A DNA stretch of 57,605 bases from an uncultured Candidatus Poseidoniales archaeon (lineage in GTDB: Archaea; Thermoplasmatota; Poseidoniia; Poseidoniales; Thalassarchaeaceae): contig CAXEOD010000002.1 in assembly GCA_963997805.1 (NCBI GenBank), positions 1 through 57,605 on the forward strand, in the 5' to 3' direction. The translations under genes were made by a program, and so were the position numbers. Shown here piece after piece: positions 9,205 to 17,039 of this stretch. The notes under the pieces were generated by a model. The model made no database searches, was not told the DNA's origin, and saw only the letters and a program-made list of their open reading frames with translations. Position 1 is the first letter of the stretch, and every line of letters begins with the position of its first letter.

Positions 9205-9246
9205 AAAACCCGCGCCGGGCGTCTCTACGAGACGCTGTGGGGTTTT
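9205..9246 (-). terminator. Compound hairpin followed by a T-run, downstream of tRNA-Arg and in the 5' region of the flavoprotein gene
   Basis: The plus strand reads AAAACCC-gcgccgg-GCGTCTC-tac-GAGACGC-tgt-GGGGTTTT. That is a perfect 7-bp inner stem with a 3-nt loop, plus a 7-bp outer stem. On the minus strand the structure ends in GGGTTTTAT. Confidence 0.35.
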
Positions 9247-9295
9247 ACAGCAATTTAATTTCTACAACTTCGTTTGCAACTGGTTATTTTTAATA

Positions 9296-9369
9296 CGAGC
9301 GCGGCAGGATTTGAACCCGCGATCTGCGGCTTAGGAAGCCGCCGCCTTATCCAGCTGGGCCACGCGCCC
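9296..9369 (-). tRNA. tRNA-Arg (anticodon CCT)
   Basis: Minus-strand sequence GGGCGCGTGGCCCAGCTGGATAAGGCGGCGGCTTCCTAAGCCGCAGATCGCGGGTTCAAATCCTGCCGCGCTCG. It folds as a 74-nt cloverleaf: 7-bp acceptor stem, anticodon stem GCGGC/GCCGC with loop TTCCTAA, T-arm GCGGG-TTCAAAT-CCTGC. No CCA is encoded. Confidence 0.9.
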
Positions 9370-9409
9370 GACTATTCGACCGGCCCACCTTAGATGACGG
9401 TTGTGGCCA

Positions 9410-10555
9410 TTAAGCCATTACCATACCATGCCGTAACCCTGCTTCAGATACTTGGTGTAGGAATCTTTCAAACTGAATTCTAGGATACGAACTACGGCTA
9501 AGTCTCGTATCACATTCTGCAAGACGATTGAGAAGTTCTCCTTGTAATTCAGATGGTAACATCAAGCGCCCAGAAGTAAGTACTCTGTGTAATTGTGATA
9601 CAATGTCATCCTTGTCTAAAGACAACTCACCCATTAGGCGGTCAAGTTCAGCCATTGCACCAGATAGAACCTTCTTCTTACGACCATATTCGGTCTCCCA
9701 ACGCCATTCAATAATGCGGCCACGCAAAGCCATTTCCACCATTAATCTCCCACCTTGAAGGGTAGATGCTGCAACTAAGTTGTGAACTGAAGAACGGTCC
9801 TCTATCTGGTCAGTTCGTGTGAGAAGTTCTAGGGTGAATAATGCCTTTCTGAGGTTACCCCCACTTACATGAATAATGTCTCCAAGAATACCTGGTGCTG
9901 GTTCGACCGATTCTTTGGCTGATATATGTTTTAGAATTGATTCAATGCGCTCAGGCTCAACTGATGCAATTCGAATGTGTTTACTACGACTCCTCAAAGC
10001 ATCCATGATTCTACTCGGTGCCCTAGCCGTGAAAATAAACCGAGAGGTTGCTGATTCTGATTCCATCATTCGGCGCAAATATGGTTGTCGCTTTGGTCCG
10101 AGATGGTCGGCATCTTCTATCACGATTAAACGACTAACTGGCGTTACCCCTTTTTCAGGTGGTGGTAATTCCACCCCGGCTGGTGGTGGGTCATCGGTTT
10201 CTGATGTATCCCACATTGAGCGATCAAACGCCTCCAAACTTGTTCTGCCTGCTAATGTGTCTCTTGATGTTCTTCCGGCTGGGCGTAGAAAATCCTCAAA
10301 TTTTTGCATCGCACCGGCTGTTCCAACTAAATCTCTCGCTTGCAATACATGGGCCGTAGATTTCCAACCCGGGCCCAAAACTTGACGCGCCACTAATCTC
10401 CAAGCCGCGGTCTTACCAACTCCTGCTGGTCCTGTAATCAGTAAATGAGGGGGACTTCCTGAAAGACTGACAGTAGTAAGTGCACGCCGGACTTGCTTGG
10501 AAACTGCCAGTTCATCAAAGCGCCGGGGAGCGTGCTTCTCTAACCAACTCGGCAT
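9410..10555 (-). CDS. rfcS: Replication factor C small-subunit-like AAA+ clamp loader, with an insertion between Walker A and B
   Basis: WLEKHAPRRFDEL (cf. W.EKYRP), PHLLITGPAGVGKT (Walker A), LIVIEDADHL (Walker B, DEAD-like), RFIFTARAPSRIMDALRSRS (SRC-box region), GGNLRKALFTLELL (cf. GDMRKAIN). About 55 extra residues sit between Walker A and B. Confidence 0.7.
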   Translation of the reverse strand: MPSWLEKHAPRRFDELAVSKQVRRALTTVSLSGSPPHLLITGPAGVGKTAAWRLVARQVLGPGWKSTAHVLQARDLVGTAGAMQKFEDFLRPAGRTSRDTLAGRTSLEAFDRSMWDTSETDDPPPAGVELPPPEKGVTPVSRLIVIEDADHLGPKRQPYLRRMMESESATSRFIFTARAPSRIMDALRSRSKHIRIASVEPERIESILKHISAKESVEPAPGILGDIIHVSGGNLRKALFTLELLTRTDQIEDRSSVHNLVAASTLQGGRLMVEMALRGRIIEWRWETEYGRKKKVLSGAMAELDRLMGELSLDKDDIVSQLHRVLTSGRLMLPSELQGELLNRLAECDTRLSRSSYPRIQFERFLHQVSEAGLRHGMVMA

Positions 10556-10626
10556 ACGACTAACCCAAGTGTTAGGCCCACAGTCTTTGAACTCAGCGAC
10601 GGGAATGTCTAATCTTACCTAATTCA

Positions 10627-11058
10627 TCAATCAATTATTGCTTCAACTTCAATTTCAAGCAACATCTCTGGATTAAATAATTCATGAACCACTACGAGGG
10701 TTGAAGCTGGTCTAATATCACTGAAGAATTCACCATGAACTCGCATGATTTCCTCACAATCCTTTGCCCTCGTTGCATACATTCTAGTTCTTACCACGTC
10801 GTTTAGTGACGAATTCAGTTGCCCTAAAGCATTCTCAATTCTTCCAAAGATGATTCTACACTGCTCAACAGGGTCGCCTTTAGCCAGTACGTTACCATCT
10901 GAATCTGTGGCTGTTGTGCCCGCAACATGAATTACATTCCCCACCCTAATCGCTCTAGAATAGCCTGCTACTCGTTCAAATGGGGTGCCACTTGACACCA
11001 ACTCACGCCTCACCATCAAAAGGTGAAAGTGTGTGACAATAGATGAGACCTTTGTCAA
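10627..11058 (-). CDS. ridA: RidA/YjgF/TdcF family reactive-intermediate deaminase
   Basis: GYSRAIRVGNVIHVAGTTATDSDGNV...DPVEQCRIIFGRIENAL...ASTLVVV...LLEIEVEAI matches the YjgF/RidA pattern. The true start may be the internal ATG at 11016 (MVRRELV). The track start overlaps the rpoP-like stop by 4 nt. Confidence 0.8.
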   Translation of the reverse strand: MTKVSSIVTHFHLLMVRRELVSSGTPFERVAGYSRAIRVGNVIHVAGTTATDSDGNVLAKGDPVEQCRIIFGRIENALGQLNSSLNDVVRTRMYATRAKDCEEIMRVHGEFFSDIRPASTLVVVHELFNPEMLLEIEVEAIID

Positions 11059-11366
11059 TCTGCCTTGAGCATTTTGTACGCGCCTTCGCCACCTTGCTCA
11101 GGGTCTGTACCAGAGCGACGGGGTTTGACAAAGATACGGAATCCGCAACTTCGGCAAGACACGCCATTCTTTTCTTGGCTGAAAGCTTCCAAAGCACCGC
11201 ACTTCAAGCAACGGTAGAGAACTTCTGTTGGTAGAGCATCTGCACCACATGCTTCACAGTTAATCCACTGTGTCCACCCTTTAACTCGGTGGTTCTCTTT
11301 ACAGTTGATGTTGATACACCGGTAGGTGAACATTCGGTCGTCTAGAAAGGTGTAAACTCGCTCCAT
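11055..11366 (-). CDS. rpoP: RNA polymerase subunit P (Rpo12)-like protein with an additional N-terminal zinc ribbon
   Basis: The C-terminal half VLYRCLKCGALEAFSQEKNGVSCRSCGFRIFVKPRR matches the archaeal RpoP pattern (YxCxxCG...RCPxCGxxIxxKxR). The N-terminal half carries a second C4 set (CININC...CEAC). Total length is 103 aa, against the usual 45-50 aa. Confidence 0.6.
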   Translation of the reverse strand: MERVYTFLDDRMFTYRCININCKENHRVKGWTQWINCEACGADALPTEVLYRCLKCGALEAFSQEKNGVSCRSCGFRIFVKPRRSGTDPEQGGEGAYKMLKAD

Positions 11367-11420
11367 ACGAAGGCGCCGACCGGCCCGCCCTTTTTCAACC
11401 TCGCCCTTTGGGTGAAAATG

Positions 11421-12005
11421 TTAATTACGCGAATGGCGGCATATTTCAACAAAATTCTCCATTATTTTCGCACCATATTCTGAATCATTTACTTCTGGGT
11501 GAAACTGTAGCCCAAAGCGGTTACCATCGTCGTTTTCCATCGCTTGTACTTGACATGAAGGGCTACTAGCAGTAATGTAAAACCCATCTGGGACTATTGT
11601 CACTTCATCGTTATGACTCTCCCAAACAACTTGAGTTTCTGGAGTTTCTTTGAATAATGTACCACCTCCGTCATTGAGAGTGATTTCCATCGCCCCAAAC
11701 TCAGGTGATTCTGCTTCACCACAATCACCACCGTAATGCCGAGCCATGAACTGGTGGCCAGCACAAATGCCAAGAATGGGTAATTCAAGTTCCAGCAATT
11801 CCCCACAATTTCCTAATTTGCCAGTTAACCCTACACGCGCGGCTCCGCCTGAAAGAAGTAATCCATCCAATTCCCTAAGATCGCTACAAAGTGTATCATT
11901 ACGAATTATTTGGGTGTCTACTCCGAGATAACGAAGCATCCTCCATTCTCTATGAGTCCACTGCCCGCCGTTATCAACGACATCAATAACGAGAGGCGTA
12001 TCCAT
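11421..12005 (-). CDS. guaAA: GMP synthase [glutamine-hydrolysing] subunit A (class I glutamine amidotransferase)
   Basis: VDNGGQWTHREWRMLRYLGV, LPILGICAGHQFM (nucleophile Cys) and LQFHPEVNDSEYGAKIMENF closely follow archaeal GuaA-A (LDNGGQYVHRI...ILGICLGHQ...QFHPEV..TEYG..IL.NF). Confidence 0.85.
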   Translation of the reverse strand: MDTPLVIDVVDNGGQWTHREWRMLRYLGVDTQIIRNDTLCSDLRELDGLLLSGGAARVGLTGKLGNCGELLELELPILGICAGHQFMARHYGGDCGEAESPEFGAMEITLNDGGGTLFKETPETQVVWESHNDEVTIVPDGFYITASSPSCQVQAMENDDGNRFGLQFHPEVNDSEYGAKIMENFVEICRHSRN

Positions 12006-12053
12006 GGCTATCGACCTCTTGGCGCTTGCCTGAATTCAATGAACTTGCCGCTA

Positions 12054-13178
12054 TCATTCTATATCGGCAAGGCGAGTTAGGAATAATATTTTCATGCTGT
12101 GTTCTATCGCCGCGGCATTATCCCATGCTTCGTTAAAATTAGCGCCGACGGCATATACTCCACCACCTCGCACAACGATTGCTTTGCATTTTGATTGTCC
12201 CAATCCTTCTGAAAGTTGGCGCAAGAAATCATCCTCTGATACGTCATCAGAATCAACTATCACAACTGACTCAAATCTCTGCTTACCTGCAAGGTCGGAA
12301 GGACGGAGAACAAACAAATCCTGTTCGAGTGACATTGCAGTAGTGTAAGGGGCTGGAAGGTGTGCGCAAGCGGCATTACCATTATGTTCAAGGGAAGTTA
12401 CTGCAAGCAAAATTGTGTGTATTTTCCAAGCACTTCCTACGTCTGGTGGTGCCATTTCACCTAGTCTTCCAGATGCAACGTGGCGTTCATCTAACTGACC
12501 TAGAGGAGATCCTTCTTTGGTGATATGAATAAGGTTTGGTTCATCAAGAGAGAGCGTGGAAATACTTCCAACAGTTGCATGGCAAAGGCCGTCCCGTTGT
12601 AGTTGGCGCCCGATTCTGACAAAATCACTAACAACGTGAGCTGGAACTACAAAACCATCCCCAACTATTGGCGGCATTGGCTGAGTGTCCATTTCATTGA
12701 TTATACTTGTAGCATTTGTTAACGCATTTCGCATTGAAACATTTTCGGCCCGAAGAGCCTCAACATCTGACATTGGTGTTGCAGCCATTGATTGACCAAT
12801 CATACCACCAATATCTACTGAAGGTGTGAGAGGTTCATCTGAAAATTCATCATCATCAACAGGTGTATCAACATCAGCACCTGACACTGCATCATCTTCT
12901 TGCTCCGCATTATTTTGTTGAACTTCAGGAGGGGCTCCTGCAGTTCGTTGTGGTGGTGCACTGCTGGCAGTAATTCCTGGAAACATTCCCATTGGCATCC
13001 CCATTGGCGCGCCTTTTGGTGGTCCACTCGGTGGCCCAGTTGGTGGTCCTTTTGGTGAGGAATTTTCTTCTTCATTATCAGCCGCGCCGGCTGATGAATC
13101 TCCTTTCTTGGCCATGTCTCTCATTACGGCGAGTTGGGTTCTCATTAAATACAGGTTGGCTTTGGCCGAGCCATTCAC
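12054..13178 (-). CDS. Class II aldolase/adducin-head-domain protein with a long disordered Pro/Gly/Met- and Asp/Glu-rich N-terminal region
   Basis: The C-terminal ~210 aa align by eye to Aldolase_II: SAWKIH (cf. PSSEWRFH), AACAHLPAPYTTAMS (cf. VVHNHAVHCTAVS), AIVVRGGGVYAVGANFNEAW (cf. LLQHHGLIACEVNLEKAL). The N-terminus is low complexity (PPTGPPSGPPKGAPMGMPMGM). The track start is GTG at 13178, 4 nt from tRNA-Asp. In-frame ATGs at 13145, 13124 and 13115 are alternative starts. Confidence 0.6.
   Translation of the reverse strand: MNGSAKANLYLMRTQLAVMRDMAKKGDSSAGAADNEEENSSPKGPPTGPPSGPPKGAPMGMPMGMFPGITASSAPPQRTAGAPPEVQQNNAEQEDDAVSGADVDTPVDDDEFSDEPLTPSVDIGGMIGQSMAATPMSDVEALRAENVSMRNALTNATSIINEMDTQPMPPIVGDGFVVPAHVVSDFVRIGRQLQRDGLCHATVGSISTLSLDEPNLIHITKEGSPLGQLDERHVASGRLGEMAPPDVGSAWKIHTILLAVTSLEHNGNAACAHLPAPYTTAMSLEQDLFVLRPSDLAGKQRFESVVIVDSDDVSEDDFLRQLSEGLGQSKCKAIVVRGGGVYAVGANFNEAWDNAAAIEHSMKILFLTRLADIE
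13145..13151. promoter_or_regulatory. TATA-box-like TTAAATA, 31-37 nt upstream of the tRNA-Asp mature 5' end
   Basis: TTAAATA is the only AT-rich heptamer in the right place for an archaeal promoter of tRNA-Asp. It lies inside the annotated 5' end of the divergent gene. Confidence 0.4.
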
Positions 13179-13181
13179 TTA

Positions 13182-13254
13182 GCCCCGGTAGTGTAGTGGT
13201 CTATCATGAAGCCCTGTCGAGGCTTCGACCCGGATTCAAATTCCGGTCGGGGCG
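13182..13254 (+). tRNA. tRNA-Asp (anticodon GTC), CCA encoded at 13255-13257
   Basis: GCCCCGGTAGTGTAGTGGTCTATCATGAAGCCCTGTCGAGGCTTCGACCCGGATTCAAATTCCGGTCGGGGCG folds as a 73-nt cloverleaf. Anticodon stem AAGCC/GGCTT with loop CTGTCGA, T-arm CCGGA-TTCAAAT-TCCGG. The sequence is followed by CCA. Confidence 0.92.
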
Positions 13255-13262
13255 CCACGTGG

Positions 13263-13269
13263 TTTTTTT
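13263..13269 (+). terminator. Oligo-T tract (T7) just downstream of tRNA-Asp
   Basis: GGTTTTTTTGGG begins 6 nt after the encoded CCA. Archaeal RNAP terminates at oligo-T. Confidence 0.5.
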
Positions 13270-13284
13270 GGGTTATTCCCCAAA

Positions 13285-14475
13285 TTATTCAGCCGGAAAA
13301 TTAAGCCATGCTTCAAAACGGCAAAGCCAATCTGATGAACTGTATTGACGACGAGGGACAATCTCAACCTTTTGTTGACCTTCAAGTGTTGGAGTTAGCA
13401 GGTTTTGTAACTCATTTTCAAGTTTTGGGATTTCATCCTCCGCAGTAACTATCCATCCTCTAACTAAGGTAGGTGAGTTTCTCTTGAGTAAGCTCATAAG
13501 ATGAGGGAGATGGTTCATTGTGTCATGTGGTAAATTAACGAGTAACATGTCAAATCGGCCAGTAAACCGCTCATCATTTTTTAATTCCAACGCGTCTTGG
13601 ATGCCTACGAAGTTACCATCCGCTAAGGTGGTTAAGCCATCAATTTGACCAACCTCAACTTTGATTCCATTACGACTCAAATTCTCAACAAGAAGTGGAA
13701 TTACATCTTCATTCAAGTCGCTCGCAAGTAGATTTCCAACCAATCCATCAACCTGTAGTAGGTGAGCAAATGCTGGACCAACCCCACAATATGGGTCAGC
13801 GATGTTTAGCGGTCGACCTAGCATCTCTTTGAGTTTCATCGCACTGTCAACATTTCTCACTCTTTCACCTTGTAAACGATGTGAGAAAAAGGCAAGTTGG
13901 GGGTCAATCCGAATTGAAACCCCAAATTCGCGGACGGTTGCGTTGGTAGCGAGCAATTCACCCTTGATGTCGTCTTCAAGAGATTCTATCTCAGACTTGT
14001 CAATAATTTGCCCATTCAATCTCGCTGCCAGCGGCTCTAAATCTCGGATTCGAAATTCACCTGTTACACCATGGTCACGAAAAACCGCGCGCACGGTTTT
14101 GTGATGAGATATTTTAGCCAATGCAACTGCTTGGGAGTATTGTTGAATCTCGTGTTCAATTTTGAAAACCAATATCTCACCAAGTGGTTCTTGGGCATTT
14201 GGCCAAAGTCCTTCGTGAAGTGTTATTGTCGCCTCGTCTAGATACTGGGGGAGATGTTCTATCCAACGTTGAAGGGGCTTGGATGGTTGGTCTGCCTCTA
14301 CCTCCTCAAAACTACTCAATTGGTCTGGAAGTTGGATGGGTGGATTATCACCTAAGGATAGTAATCTATACTCTCCATCAATGAGAACTCTGGACCATTC
14401 TGGTGCCCATTCGAAGCTGTTGATGCACTCTAATATAGACTGCGTTTCACGCTTCGGCACCCTCAAATGACGCAT
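13285..14475 (-). CDS. trm5: Trm5/Taw2-family class I SAM-dependent tRNA methyltransferase (Met-10+ like)
   Basis: IADPYCGVGPFAHLL (cf. DMFAGIGPF SAM-binding loop), ASDLNEDVIPLL, and LVNLPH (cf. the NLP/NPPY-type catalytic loop of Trm5). 396 aa with an extended N-terminal region. Confidence 0.65.
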   Translation of the reverse strand: MRHLRVPKRETQSILECINSFEWAPEWSRVLIDGEYRLLSLGDNPPIQLPDQLSSFEEVEADQPSKPLQRWIEHLPQYLDEATITLHEGLWPNAQEPLGEILVFKIEHEIQQYSQAVALAKISHHKTVRAVFRDHGVTGEFRIRDLEPLAARLNGQIIDKSEIESLEDDIKGELLATNATVREFGVSIRIDPQLAFFSHRLQGERVRNVDSAMKLKEMLGRPLNIADPYCGVGPAFAHLLQVDGLVGNLLASDLNEDVIPLLVENLSRNGIKVEVGQIDGLTTLADGNFVGIQDALELKNDERFTGRFDMLLVNLPHDTMNHLPHLMSLLKRNSPTLVRGWIVTAEDEIPKLENELQNLLTPTLEGQQKVEIVPRRQYSSSDWLCRFEAWLNFPAE

Positions 14476-14529
14476 CTGACTCGAAGATGCGAGAAGCCTT
14501 GCTCGCTTGACGATGACGGAGGATGGACT

Positions 14530-15309
14530 GTGGCAAAATTGGGGTCTGGGTTATGGCTAATTGGCCTAGGTCCAGGAGATTTGTCCGCTATGACTACTGC
14601 TGCTATTGACACAGCAAAATCTTGTAAATACCGGTTTTTAGAGGGATACACCGCGTTATTGCCACCAGATGAAGAGAGTAAACTTAGCGATATGGTGGGT
14701 GAATATGAGTTGCTAATGCGACCAGATGTTGAAAACCCTGACCAATTATTGAAGCGTGCTAGTGAATGCGCGGTGGCTTTGATGATAGTTGGAGATCCAT
14801 TGCAAGCAACAACTCATGTGGATTTACAGTTGCGGGCTAAGGCTGCTGGAATTAACTGCCATGTGGTTCATGGAATTTCAATTACAACAATTGTTACTGG
14901 TGCAGTTGGTTTGCAATCATACCGATTTGGTAGGCAAGTTACACTGGCTTATCCCTACGGTGATTATCTCGCTACTTCGCCGTTTGAATTAATTTTAGAT
15001 AACCTACAACGTGACCTACACTCTCTTGTTCTACTTGACCTCGACCCAACAGGAATGGGTATTGATGAGCAAAAACCGATGAGTCCGGCTATAGCTGTTG
15101 ACGTACTACGGCGCTCTGCTGAAAAAGTGGGGGAAAATATTGAACAGTGGAAAATTGTTCTATGTAGTGATATGGGGCGTCCTGAACAACGTATTTTTTA
15201 TGGCACTTTAGATGATGTGAAATCCATCGATGATGGGTCAATTCATTGCTTGGTAATTCCAGGAAGATTGGATGAATTAGAGGCTGAAGCCCTATCCCGT
15301 TGGAATTAA
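14530..15309 (+). CDS. dph5: Diphthine synthase (Dph5)
   Basis: LWLIGLGPGDLSAMTTAAIDTAKSCKYRFLEGYTALL, MIVGDPLQATTHVDL and IHCLVIPG fit the diphthine synthase/tetrapyrrole-methylase fold. I prefer GTG 14530 as the start, with GGAGGA 6 nt upstream. The track ORF starts at ATG 14467 and would overlap the trm5 start. Confidence 0.85.
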   Translation: MAKLGSGLWLIGLGPGDLSAMTTAAIDTAKSCKYRFLEGYTALLPPDEESKLSDMVGEYELLMRPDVENPDQLLKRASECAVALMIVGDPLQATTHVDLQLRAKAAGINCHVVHGISITTIVTGAVGLQSYRFGRQVTLAYPYGDYLATSPFELILDNLQRDLHSLVLLDLDPTGMGIDEQKPMSPAIAVDVLRRSAEKVGENIEQWKIVLCSDMGRPEQRIFYGTLDDVKSIDDGSIHCLVIPGRLDELEAEALSRWN

Positions 15310-15365
15310 TGGGAGCCGTTGCCCTCAAGGGAGATGGGTGACTCGGAGGCTCGCGGGGAACTAAT

Positions 15366-17036
15366 ATGGCTGGACCCTCAGAAGTAGAATTCCCTGGTAA
15401 GAAAAAACAAACAATGCGAATGCGTGGCACGAAAAGAGCTTCGGATTCGGTGCAAAAACGCTTGCGAAGGAACCTAGATGTTATGTTAGAAGAGCCACAT
15501 TCGATTCTCCCTACTATTTCTGGTCGAACCTCTCGTGGTTTTGGTAGGCCAGATAAATTGAAAGCATGTCTTAAAGATATTGAGAGAGTCATCAATAAAC
15601 GAGAAGATAGGGCATGGCTACACAAACGGATGGCGGCGAGAAAAGGAGACCTAATTGCTCGAGCGTTTGCTGGTTGTTTAGCGGCCGCGCATGAAGAAGA
15701 GTTTGAAACCGTAGCGATATTCAAACATCCCGTATACGGTTCCTCCTCATTTATTCGCCGTGGTAGTGGGAGGCCTGCTCATTTACTCGGCTTGCAAATG
15801 CACACCCATACTCGGTTTAGATTGCTTGCATGGGAAGAATTAGCAAGATCTGGCTACTGGTTTTTTTCATGGTCAAAAGATTTGATTTGCACGGGGCTTG
15901 AACCAACACCACCTGAAGAATGGGTGACTGAAGGGCTTTCCTCTTCGCCCTTAAAATTTGAAATAAATGATGATGGGGTTTGGCATGCGGGAAATAGTGC
16001 AAGCAACATAGTGATGAATTATTCAAACGGCTTGGTCGCTGAAATTAGCCTTGATGAATTATCAAAAACTAAGGAATCGTTTGTGCAAAGTATTGCTCTT
16101 ACTATGTCGCCACCGCGATTATCTGAATTAATGGAAGTTGAAGCTAATTATCGCCCTAATGGATGGCCAGAAGGCTTGGAAATTAATCAAGAAACAACAG
16201 ATTCATTGGCTGCGGTCATCCAACACTGGTTGCGTCTAGAAATTCCAGACGCTGGTCTCAAAACGCTACTTCACAATGCTTTTTGTGAAGAATTAGAAGA
16301 AGGATTAGTACTCAAAGAAGACTGGTTTGCAAATGATGATAAGGAAGGATTCTTACAAGCCTTGCAAGGAAGTAAGATTGAGTTAGAAGCAGTATCAATA
16401 TTAATTGACACATTAGATGGTGGGGTTAGAGTAGATGCTGCTGGAGAAGCACATTGGCTGGCTAGCGAAGTGGTTCTCATGGCTGATGATAGCGCCCATT
16501 CCCTGCTCAAAGCGACGTGGGGTAAATGTGGTTTAGATATCCTTGGGGAAATGTTTGACCTCACTGGAGATAAGGCCGATGATATCTATGAACAACAACT
16601 GAACAGCCGTAAAGCCTTCAGCGGATTCTTAAGAAATCTTGACGAAAAACAGAGTAGTGTCAGAATGATGAGGAAATTCCCTTATGAATCAGAATCCCTA
16701 CCTTCGCCACTTAGTTTTGCTGATTCATTAATCAAAAGAGCCCACTCTGAAGGGGTCGGAAAAACCACAACAATGGCTAGGAAGTCTGGTGGGGGAAGAA
16801 AATCTTCAATGGGTTGGGCATGGGTTTGCGTTCATGGTAAAGATGAAGGTGAATCATGGCACTATGAACCAACTGTTCGTGACCTTGGCGGGGATTGGGT
16901 GCCAGCGCTAAAATCGTTATGGGAAGCTAGTCAGATTATCATCAATGATGAAGGTAGTGACGATTATGTCAAGGCTATGGAATCTCTACGGAATGTTACC
17001 GGTACTATGGAAAACTTGCCTAAATCGATGGTTTAA
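15366..17036 (+). CDS. Hypothetical protein (556 aa), basic N-terminus, no recognisable domain
   Basis: Long uninterrupted ORF with coding-like composition. The competing antisense ORF 15089-15724 is low-complexity-like. No motif recognised. Confidence 0.6.
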   Translation: MAGPSEVEFPGKKKQTMRMRGTKRASDSVQKRLRRNLDVMLEEPHSILPTISGRTSRGFGRPDKLKACLKDIERVINKREDRAWLHKRMAARKGDLIARAFAGCLAAAHEEEFETVAIFKHPVYGSSSFIRRGSGRPAHLLGLQMHTHTRFRLLAWEELARSGYWFFSWSKDLICTGLEPTPPEEWVTEGLSSSPLKFEINDDGVWHAGNSASNIVMNYSNGLVAEISLDELSKTKESFVQSIALTMSPPRLSELMEVEANYRPNGWPEGLEINQETTDSLAAVIQHWLRLEIPDAGLKTLLHNAFCEELEEGLVLKEDWFANDDKEGFLQALQGSKIELEAVSILIDTLDGGVRVDAAGEAHWLASEVVLMADDSAHSLLKATWGKCGLDILGEMFDLTGDKADDIYEQQLNSRKAFSGFLRNLDEKQSSVRMMRKFPYESESLPSPLSFADSLIKRAHSEGVGKTTTMARKSGGGRKSSMGWAWVCVHGKDEGESWHYEPTVRDLGGDWVPALKSLWEASQIIINDEGSDDYVKAMESLRNVTGTMENLPKSMV

Positions 17037-17039
17037 TTG

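Noticed and set aside
9410-10555. The insertion in the RFC-like gene as a possible intein
   Set aside because: It is only about 55 aa, lacks the N-terminal Cys/Ser and C-terminal His-Asn-Cys/Ser/Thr splice junctions, and is low-complexity.
16740-16800. P-loop-like EGVGKTTT in the orphan 556-aa protein
   Set aside because: It lacks the full GxxxxGK[ST] spacing and any Walker B. It lies in a Gly/Lys/Ser-rich C-terminal stretch, so it is most likely coincidental.
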